Source: Lepidodermella squamata (taxonomy: Eukaryota; Animalia; Gastrotricha). From it: 64,000 nt of DNA. Below, piece by piece: positions 22,698-31,815 of this stretch. Within the stretch, counting starts at the first letter, position 1, and every line of letters starts with the position of its first letter. The position numbers and the translations under genes are program-made. Location: positions 1,922,001 to 1,986,000 of the forward strand of contig JBLDXI010000001.1 of the NCBI GenBank assembly GCA_047495785.1, read 5' to 3'. The notes below the pieces were generated by a model. It was not told the DNA's origin, made no database searches, and was given only the letters and a program-made list of their open reading frames with translations.

Positions 22698-23731
22698 ATG
22701 CTTCGAAGGGGGGTTTCTAGAGGTCCCTTGACGGTAAGACTCGAAGAAAAAGATTTGAATTATATAAGAGCGGAATGCCTAAAGGTGCTGGGAAGTGAGT
22801 TTTATTACTTCGCCTATGTTCCCATTTGATTTATTCAATGCCGCAGCTTTTTCGGCCTCGATTACCCGTCAGTACGAGTATGTCGGGTCGTTGGTCAGTG
22901 TCGTTCAACTTTGCGACAGGCTCCACCGCGAGTTCGAAGAGCGACGAGCTGCTCTTGAAGATAGCAGCTCAGAAAATGAAATGAATGAAGGGCGCGAAGA
23001 CGCCCCAGCTAACACTGCCGAGATTTCTGAGGAATCTGAACCGGAAGGCGCAAGCGAAGTAAGTCTTGTTAGTGATGCTGTTGGTCAAGCCGATCCTAGC
23101 GAAGAGGACCTTACTGCCCATGTTGAACTTGGAGGAGCTGGTATTCGGATTTTTTGCGTCTGAAATGAGACATCAGCGATTTGTGTTTGGCAGCTTATGA
23201 GCCTGTTGTTATCAAGAAGCCGGTGGCGAAACCTTCTAAGGGCCGCCGCAGAGCAGTTATGGTGAAAAAGCGACGTCGTCTTAATCCTAAGACAATTCCG
23301 AAACGTCGCCGCATTGCAAATGCTGGTAATTTTCCGAAATTCCGAATTAATGAAATTCATTCTTGCTAGTCTTTTCAGTCGAAAAAGTTGATAATGTCGT
23401 AGTCAATCCAGAAAGCACTGAAATTCCACGTCTAGATGACGCAATCAAGGCTGAGAGCGGAAAGCAGACAGGTTTAATCATTCGATGTGATTACAAATCT
23501 TTGACTGTTCCCAACTCCATAACAGGAAGCGAGAACATGTCCCATTTCAAGGAAGTTGGGCCGAAAAAAGTGCAGTGCAACATTTGCGGGCTTGCGATTG
23601 GTTCAAGGTCGAAGGGTTCTCACCTGATTCGACACGGCCCTGCGCGGAAGTACACATGCGATAGTTGCGGGAAACAGTTCGGTTCGCCGTCATCGTGGCA
23701 ACGTCATTGCCAGAAAGGCTGTCCGGCCTGA
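22698..23731 (+). CDS. Zinc-finger protein, tandem paralogue of the 21164 gene
   Basis: Shared blocks VGSL.S.VQLCDR, DPSEEDLT, SHFKE.GP.KVQCN.CG; same intron positions. Confidence 0.78.
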
Positions 23732-23857
23732 CAATTCATCAGCTAAAACCTTGTTTTTAATGCACTTGCGACTTCGTACAATTTGAACACTGTAAATATT
23801 TGAGATTTTATTGAATAATTATACCGTTAAAACAGAGTTCATCGGTTTATTTCTTAC

Positions 23858-24770
23858 ATGCCTGATTACATCACTCCTCGGATCAGCGAGGAAGAGGTAC
23901 ATTTCATCCGGAATAACGCGCTTAAGGTATTGAAAAGTAAGTCTTTCGGTGGGTTTCATACGAAAATACGAAGTTGAGTTTCTTCAGGTTTTTCGAGTAA
24001 TATGGTCAAAAATTACAATCAAATCGGGTCGCTAGTCCGGGCTGTGGAACGCTGTGACTCAATATTGGCGAAATTCGCGAAGAAAAATGTTTCCTTCAAC
24101 GAAGAGGTTGAAGTATCGACTTTTGAACCAGTCGAGCAGTCTCTCGTTGATATAACTGATGATGACGATCCTAAAATCAACATGTTGTTGATACCTAAAA
24201 TTCGCAAGCGGGTGCGTAATCGGAGAGCTGTAAATCGCAAATTAGTGGAATCAGGTTAGTTGTAACTTATCGGAAATCTTAATTCTTACCCACCGCTGAT
24301 CATTCAGATGATGAGCTGTTATCCCGTCACTGGAATAATCCCGAAATGGTTGTCGTAGGTCCCGCTTTCAGCCTAAAATCTACCCGATCTAAACCAGGTA
24401 ATTTTTAGGTGGAATTTTTGTTCCATTGGCTGGCTTTGGCTTCGTATAAGTCAATTGATGAATGGCTAAAATGTCAGAATTTGCGAATGAAAATTGATTT
24501 GAAACTCGTTTTACCCAGCATCTGCTCAACTTGAAACGTTCACTACATTTAAATGTCATTTAAGGTGCGCCCCAGGTTGAGGAAAAAGTTGCCTCCTCGG
24601 CAATAATTGGATGTAATATCTGCGGTCGAATTCTGTCGTCTCGGACTAGCCTGTTCAATCACATGAGGCTACACGACAAGACCCCGCGTTTCAAGTGTCG
24701 TAGCTGTGGCAAGGCCTATTATCAGAATCAGTCGTTGCGCGTTCACAACCGGAGACCTTGCAGCAGCTGA
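23858..24770 (+). CDS. Zinc-finger protein (related N-module, SIM-like LVDITDDDD, 2 fingers)
   Basis: NYNQIGSLVRAVERCD; last exon (not in ORF track) CNICGRILSSRTSLFNHMRLHDKTPRFKCRSCGKAYYQNQSLRVHNRRPC. Confidence 0.72.
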
Positions 24771-24875
24771 ATTCGAAAAAAGTCAACTAATCTTGTGCTA
24801 TCCCATCTGAGAAAAAAATTCGAAATGATTCCGATACCTAAAAAATTGATTTAGAATTCAATTTATCATTAGGTT

Positions 24876-25233
24876 ATGTCAGAAGTATTTTCTACCGAAT
24901 CAAACGTTTGTGAGTTCCTTCATTTTGCGTTGATATTGTTGACCAAACCTCGTCTTTTTCAGGGACGGGTAATTTCTGCCACCTTGAGATAGTCATTTTA
25001 TGTGTGTAACTTCAGAGGTCATGCGAATTCTCCGTGAAAACAATGAAGCCCTTCTACAACTTTCGAATTTGATGGAATTTCACAAGACTGTTTTTCAAGG
25101 TCTGATCGACCATTTTCAGAATCAAACCCCACGTGCTCATGTAAACCACGTGGATTCAGCTCCCGAAGTTCCGGAAGTCGTTCTCATCGAAGAAAGTGAC
25201 GAAAATAGTGATGATTGTGTCATAGTAGAGTAG
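24876..25233 (+). CDS. Small helical protein ending in tandem SIM-like motifs; includes a 6-nt microexon
   Basis: Introns 24910-24962 and 24969-25015; C-terminus EVVLIEESDENSDDCVIVE*. Confidence 0.6.
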
Positions 25234-25279
25234 ATTAAAAATGACTTTTTCAACTTTATTTCGGTAGTCTTTCAAATTT

Positions 25280-25752
25280 ATGAGTTCGAGGAGTGATTTA
25301 GATGGAATCTCCCCATCAATCGATGATTCGCTGATCAACGCTATTCCTACTCAAATTTGGTCGGCTATGAAACGCGATATCCGCGAATCGAAATCCGCTG
25401 ATTGGTTAAACTTGCCTACCGAAACGAGGCATCCTAGTAAATCCGACTCGCTAATACAATCGCGAAGCTTGCTCAGGCTAGTTATCCGCCGGTCTTCGTC
25501 GAATTACATGGTCACGCCTGTGGTAATCAGTTGGCTCTTTCTCATTCAAATGTCTACGAGAATTTTATTTAGCGCCGTTCGATTGTCAAAAGGCTGGCAA
25601 GTGAGCAGTCGTTCGTTGTGGAGAAGCCTTCTTGTGAAACCTATCATGAAAGTTACGCTCGCCAAATTTCGAAGGCGATAGGAAACGTACCCTCTCTTTT
25701 GAAATTCTGGTCGCGAAAAAAGGCGTCGAAATCTCCCCGCAGACCGTCTTAG
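25280..25752 (+). CDS. Uncharacterised basic protein
   Basis: ATG 12 nt after an AG; phase-0 intron 25523-25572 gives RRSIVKRL...SPRRPS*. Confidence 0.45.
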
Positions 25753-25845
25753 TTTTTTTTTACTATTGATCCTATGTTTAGCTACTTTTCAATTTTTATT
25801 GGTTCCTGAGTCTTTTTCACTGAATTTTCTAGGAATTTTTTTTAA

Positions 25846-26211
25846 ATGCCCAGCGAACTGGAGAAACTCACTCTAGTTCAGAGATTGGAAAGAATGGCTC
25901 TGATTGTGAAATTTGGCTTGCCAAATTTTCAGAAGCCGGATTCGCCCTCTGTCAAACCTGCCGAAAAGAAATTGCCGAAGTTGGAGCCATCGGAAACTTG
26001 CGAAAACTGCCCGCCTGCTAAGCCCGATACGAAAATCGATGCATCCGACAAATTTAAATGTAAAATTTGCGGCCGGGTTTTGTCGTCTCGCGGCTCAATG
26101 TTTCATCACATGCGAATTCACGATGCTGTGCCCAAGTACAAGTGCAACATTTGCAATCGACCATTTCACCAATTTTCGTCTCTTTATACTCACAAGAAAA
26201 GATGCAAATAA
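25846..26211 (+). CDS. Mini zinc-finger protein (C2H2 + C2HC)
   Basis: CKIC...HMRIH-DAVPKYK-CNIC...HKKRC. Confidence 0.85.
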   Translation: MPSELEKLTLVQRLERMALIVKFGLPNFQKPDSPSVKPAEKKLPKLEPSETCENCPPAKPDTKIDASDKFKCKICGRVLSSRGSMFHHMRIHDAVPKYKCNICNRPFHQFSSLYTHKKRCK

Positions 26212-26250
26212 GCAATTTTACATTGATTTTATTTTAGAAATTTGTTGTCG

Positions 26251-26445
26251 ATGGATTTGTCGATTTTTACGAAGTTACAGTCGTATTTGGAGTCTTTCGA
26301 TAAAGACGAAGAGCACTGGTACGGCTGTACGATTTGCAAGAAGTCATTCAGCAACCAAAGTATCTTGAACGAGCACAAGAAGCAAGTTCATGCGACAAGC
26401 CCATGCAGCAGTTACTCGTGTTCACCTTCTTTATCAGGTTGGTAA
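26251..26445 (+). CDS. Micro zinc-finger protein (1 C2H2)
   Basis: 64 aa; CTICKKSFSNQSILNEHKKQVH; starts 39 nt after the previous stop. Confidence 0.7.
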   Translation: MDLSIFTKLQSYLESFDKDEEHWYGCTICKKSFSNQSILNEHKKQVHATSPCSSYSCSPSLSGW

Positions 26446-27148
26446 AAAAAAACGCAATCGGAAAAGGGCCAGTAATTTTACTCTGAAAATATCAAATTTT
26501 ACGAAATTTTTTCAAGTTTTTAGACTCAAATAATTTGATTTTTTCTGAATAAGCACTGATGTAATAACAAAATTCTTAAAATAGTCCTTTGCGCAACAAT
26601 CTTGCGATTTAATAACACAAATTTTAGAATTTTTGACCACGGTTTTATAAGGGCATCCCTCCCTAAATTCGGCCACTTGGCGAGTTTTCCTACTTTTCCA
26701 GCCAGGTACCTTGAATTATGGCTAATTTTGAAGTCACCTCGACTTTTTTGCGATCACGTGCTTAAAAAATCATTAAACCAAGGCTCAACAATGCGAATTT
26801 CTTGAGTTGCGTGCGAAGAAACGGCTGCACAGCACTTGGTGTCCAAATTTCGGCCGGTCGCCGAATTTAGGCAGTGGCCGAAATGAGAGATTCCTGCTCT
26901 AATTGATTGGGTTGAACATTTTTTATGAGCTAATGAATGAATCATCATGAATTGATGTTCACTATTTTGCCGCGCACGATTCAACTTCGATTGTTGCGTC
27001 AGCTTGCTGCTGACCTTCGCCATTCTTATTTTTTCGACGTTTTGTCACATCGGGATTCAAAGTGGCGTTAATCCCTTTAAGCACACACCTCTTGAGTGTG
27101 GTATTGTAGTCTCAATTTGTACCTTCGTGATTTCCCGAGGTCGTGTTC

Positions 27149-27706
27149 ATGTCAGGTTTTCTATCGAAGTTCTTTTTGTTCGTCTCGAATAATTCGTAAT
27201 TTTTATTTCAAGTTGAAGCTGATTTCAACATTTCGGAGGCCCTCGATGAAAACTTGCCTCATTTCGTCCTGGCCGTACCAGCCAGTCGCTGCCTGATTTG
27301 CTTCGCCAAATTTCGCGTCAAAAGCCTGCTAGTCCAGCACCAGCTCACAGCCCACGGCCCGAAATCAGCCACCAAGTCGAAACAACAACCAAAGAAGGCG
27401 TCGAATTTTCACCAGAAGGTCGAAAAAATCGATGCGCCGATTGTGACGTATCGCTGTTTGCTGTGTTCGAAAGATCTAAGTGACCGGCGCAGTTTGATTC
27501 GCCACGAAAACGGGGTTCATCGACCGAACGATCGGCCGAAATGCACGCGATGCGGTAAAAATTTCTACGACTTGTCCACGCTACGCCGACACGTCCGAAA
27601 GGCGCTGTGCGCTAAATTCAAATGCCTCAAGTGCTCGCAGTTTTTCGATGACGAGCTGTCGCTGGCTAAACACAAGAAACGTGGCCACAGTCAAGGAAAT
27701 CGATGA
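27149..27706 (+). CDS. C2H2 zinc-finger protein (4 fingers)
   Basis: ATG 27149 and intron 27156-27212 restore the frame of ORF 27254. Confidence 0.8.
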
Positions 27707-27884
27707 AAATGTTCGCAATTTTACTTTGATAATTCGCTTTTCCTAATCAATTTTACTTGCAAATAAATGGCTCCAATCATCAATTTGGTTCATGATTTTC
27801 GTATGTAAAGAATAAAAAATTCATTGCTCGTTTTTTCGCAATTAGCAACCATTTTTCCAAGAGTTCCATCGAAATCAGAAAATC

Positions 27885-28705
27885 ATGTACTCGCAGTGGA
27901 ATTACGGAAAATCTTCGCTGTTTTCTGGCGAAATCATTTCGATTGAAAATGTGAATGAGCTCGAGATGGGTTCTTCATGGCTGCTGGCTGATACCCCGCC
28001 GAATTCAACGCCCTCCCGAGACTCGGTTGAACCCGACTTTGTTTTTCCTGCCCTCATCAGCTCTATGGTCGGTTTCAGGCCCGCCCCGCCTAGTGACGAT
28101 GAGATGGTCGATATTGAGGTGGAGTCAAGTACCAAGACCAATAGCCTGAAAAAGTTGAGCAAGAGAAAAAAGCGGGACTACTATATCACACGAGTGTCTT
28201 CCTCTATCAAAATATGCAATAAAAAGCAGGAGAAGAAGAAGAAGAAGAAACCTCAAAAAATCGTGCCAAGGTCTAGAGATACTCGCAGTAGATCGGCGAA
28301 GAAACCAGCTTCTTCCAAGCCTAAGAACGCTGCTAAAATGAGGAAGCCTAGGAATTATCGAATACCGCAAGATGCCGCCTATCGACTGGAACAGGTAGAA
28401 GGGGCGGTCAGTTTGGTGGCGCATTTCATTATTTCTGACCCACAGGAATTCTTCCGGCATAACAAAACACCCGCTCACAATATCAAGAGTAAATTAGCGA
28501 AAGAAATGGGCGTGAAAGTCAATTTTGTAAGACTGAATTTTATCCACCTTAATTTTTCTAACGAAATGTTCAATTTTATCAGATTCGCTACTGGTACGTT
28601 GAAAATCGATCTCGCCTCAACCGGGCTAAGCGGGCTGCGGACCCGAACGGTTGCCCGAGTTCTATCGAAACAGTAAGCCGACCCGGTGAATGTCTCGTTG
28701 CTTGA
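27885..28705 (+). CDS. Divergent homeodomain protein
   Basis: Removing introns 28394-28445 and 28527-28582 gives RKPRNYRIPQDAAYRLEQEFFRHNKTPAHNIKSKLAKEMGVKVNFIRYWYVENRSRLNR. Confidence 0.75.
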
Positions 28706-28776
28706 AAAGAAGATATTTAATCTATTACGAAAAATGACTGTTTACCATGAAAATTAGATATTATTTCACTATTGCT

Positions 28777-29550
28777 ATGGAATTGATCTTGGATGATATT
28801 CGAAAACGGAAGGCTGGTATTCGCTCTGTTTTACCCACCATGCCCCTATTGAGGTGTTACAAACAGCTTCAACACGTGAACAGCGTTCTGTATTTGAAGC
28901 TTCAATCCGGTGAGTCATTTTCTCCTTGAATTGTTATTTCAATATTTTTTTATTTTCAAGTGGTTGACCTTGAGGGCAATCGGCTGCCAGAGTACACTAA
29001 TGCATTGAATTACCTATCAATGCAATCCGCCTTATTGTCCCAGCTAAAATACCGAGTCCCAGCGTTGTGTGAAGCGAAGAAACCGCGCCGTAGTAAATCC
29101 AACAACTCCGCGCCACCTATAGCCCAAGAAGTGGTGGTCGAATCAACCCCGGCCCCCACCCAGAGCCGCAGCTACATGGCCGATGCCATGTGCCCCACGT
29201 GCTTCAAAACATTCGCCCGCCGCGCCGATTCAATCCGCCACCAATTCACAGCTCATTGCGAAAAATTGACTCAAATCACGTGCCCGGAATGTCCTGGTCT
29301 GAAAATTCTTAAAAGCGTGCGAACTTATGAGATTCACATGCTTAAAATGCATGGAGGCACCAGTCAGGATTCGACCCAGGCCAAGTGCCCGGTGTGTAGC
29401 CTGGTTTTCCGCCGGAAAGCTAGTGTTACAATTCACATTCGGAATGCTCATAGGATGGTTACGGGTTCGAAATCCCAGTACCAGGCGGATAAGGGTTGCG
29501 ACTGCAAAAATTGCACATATGTCAGGGCTTTGATTGACGCATCGACTTGA
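28777..29550 (+). CDS. Helical-module + 3 C2H2 protein with terminal CxCxxC
   Basis: One intron ending at 28960; three fingers; tail GCDCKNC. Confidence 0.8.
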
Positions 29551-29594
29551 GTAATAAAAATAAGTTCAGTTTTTATAGAAAAATAATTTCCAAG

Positions 29595-30182
29595 ATGAAT
29601 CCAACAATTTTGAAGATGAAGCAGGTTATCAATTCGCTGATTAGCTTGCTGCAAACACCTGGCGCTGATACTTCGGACACTTATTTGAACCTCTGCATGG
29701 CTAATGTCCTCTACTTTCGCGATCTAGCTGGAGCTCTTGATGACTCATCCGCACCGTCATCATCAGCTTCTTCGCCGCAGATCAATGAACTCTCGACGTT
29801 GTGGCAGGATATTATGGAAAATCCTCGCCCGATTGAGGAAAATTCTGTTGGTGGACAGGCTGCTGAAATGGAAAAATCGGATCCTGAAGAGATGGCTGTT
29901 CGAGAAAGTCGATCTCTTCATGCCGTGGAAAAAGGTAAGAAGGCCGCTAAAACCCGCGTTTCTACTACATCGGATGCTGAGGATTTAGTCGTTCGGGAAA
30001 GTCGATCCCTTCAGGTCATAAAAGAAGCTAAACCAGCAGCTAAGAAGCCCGCTAAAATCCGCAAAGTTTCGAAGAAAAAACCTGTTGATGTTGACAAAAC
30101 TACCTGTAAGGAGTGCAACAAAACTTACGCCCAAGCTGGTGGTCTCAAGTACCACATGCGTGTTAGACACAACAGTCAATAG
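29595..30182 (+). CDS. Helical-module + 1 C2H2 protein with internal repeat
   Basis: LCMANVLYFRDL; VRESRSL repeated twice; CKEC...HMRVRH. Confidence 0.8.
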   Translation: MNPTILKMKQVINSLISLLQTPGADTSDTYLNLCMANVLYFRDLAGALDDSSAPSSSASSPQINELSTLWQDIMENPRPIEENSVGGQAAEMEKSDPEEMAVRESRSLHAVEKGKKAAKTRVSTTSDAEDLVVRESRSLQVIKEAKPAAKKPAKIRKVSKKKPVDVDKTTCKECNKTYAQAGGLKYHMRVRHNSQ

Positions 30183-30247
30183 ACAAATTGATTTTTTTCC
30201 GATAAAAAATTTTCTGATTTTTTTCGATTATTTTAGACGTAATTTTA

Positions 30248-30559
30248 ATGCAGTCAATTAACGCGAATAACATTCGAGACGTCGCTGATTCGTTGCTTCA
30301 CGCACTCGAATCCCCGGCTCGGCCGTTATCTTGCGAATTTTTCAGCCTTTGCCTAGCTCATGCCTTCTACCTGCGAGATTTAGTCGCTCGTTACGAAGAG
30401 CAAGAAATGCCTCCGATTTTGTTCAACGAGTCTATCCCTCTGCCGGAGAATTTGTTGAAGCAACAAGATTCTGCGACTAGTTTCTTCTGCCCACACTGCC
30501 CGACGAAATTCAATCGCAAATCTGACAGAACGCAGCACATAAAGCGGCATCATAAGTAG
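30248..30559 (+). CDS. Helical-module + 1 C2H2 mini-protein
   Basis: LCLAHAFYLRDL (homologous to the previous gene); CPHC...HIKRHH. Confidence 0.82.
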   Translation: MQSINANNIRDVADSLLHALESPARPLSCEFFSLCLAHAFYLRDLVARYEEQEMPPILFNESIPLPENLLKQQDSATSFFCPHCPTKFNRKSDRTQHIKRHHK

Positions 30560-31042
30560 TGCCTGCTGAAATGTCGAAGAAAAATACTTTTTATTTTGAC
30601 GATTTACGATATACGAACCTAGCTATGAGCTTCCGGTGTGGATATAATCGCGGCTTTTTTTGCGTTTCCGACATGCCTATATTTTACTCTTATTGTTTTC
30701 CGTGATGGAGAACAAAAAATTGTTGACCACCGGGACTGAAAAATGAAGCAATTTCACTTGTATATAATAATACAGCGCATTTCTTAGCAACTCATTGTAA
30801 TAATGTGCACCTTCATATTTTTGTTCTAGATGATTGATCGCTATCACGACCGCACCTTGATGCATGGATATTATTATTTTTTTAGTCTCAGAATGCTAAT
30901 ACATGTAAGATATTTTTACTGCACTTGATATGCAATGATAGCATTGCGTATTTTTTATTTTATATTACTAATAATTTTTCAATTTTTACCCGGTAATTTT
31001 TCAATTGATCATTCGATTGATATTTGATTTTTTGATATTCAG

Positions 31043-31497
31043 GTTTATCGATCTCCTGTTTCGAGTGGATATCCGACGTTGATCTGAACGATTTCGATGA
31101 ATTCGACTACAAGACAAACTGCAGATTCTGCTATTTTTCCTATGTGAATTCCTCTAGTCTATTAAGGTGGATTTTACTGTCTGTTTTCTGTTTTACGTGA
31201 ACAATGGTTATTTTTTAGGATAAGGCGGGGTTGTACGAGAAATTTCGATTGCCTCGCGTTCTGCAAGGTAATTTTTTTGTTGTTTTTTAATTTTTTTTAA
31301 TTTTTTGTCTGCAGATTATTGAAATGAGCGACGAAGGTGCGGATTGTTCTTGCTGTGATGTTGACTATTGTAACGGGAAACGGGTGAAAAATATAGCCGC
31401 GGATTTGTTTAAACTCAACTACTCCGTTTTAATGCTTCCATTCATTCATTTGATATTACATGGATTATTCGAAAATCAACAGGTTGAAATAAAATAA
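31043..31497 (+). CDS. Ly6/uPAR (three-finger, quiver-like) protein; 5' exon unresolved
   Basis: Spliced exons LSISCFEW...NCRFCY / IRRGCTRNFDCLAFCK / ...DCSCCDVDYCNG followed by a hydrophobic tail; absent from the ORF track. Confidence 0.7.
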
Positions 31498-31815
31498 GAA
31501 TTGTCCGAAATTTGAGTCTCGCAACAAAAGTTTTATTAAAATAAAGTAAAATCGGTTTCCAATTCGAGTAAAAACAATACAGTGACGTTAACCGCTGCTG
31601 ATTAAAATAAGAGTATTGTAGCCGTCTTAGATCAAATTGACAAAAAAATAAAAGAGTACCTAGCATTTCTAACATGATTATTGCAGTCTTGAATGAGACA
31701 CTTTTTCACCCGCATTGGCCAATTCAAACAAACAGAAAAACAAACACAAAACAATTGACAGGTAGAGAGACTCGTTCGTCCATATCATGCATTTTGGTTT
31801 CTCGAGACTACATAC

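Noticed and set aside
27246-27300. Apparent frameshift (MKTCLI.../...CLIC) in the four-finger gene
   Set aside because: Upstream ATG 27149 with intron 27156-27212 restores an intact frame.
213-30559. Array as an endogenous virus or Polinton/Maverick because of its gene density
   Set aside because: No polymerase, capsid, ATPase, integrase or terminal repeats seen; the genes carry host-type short introns.
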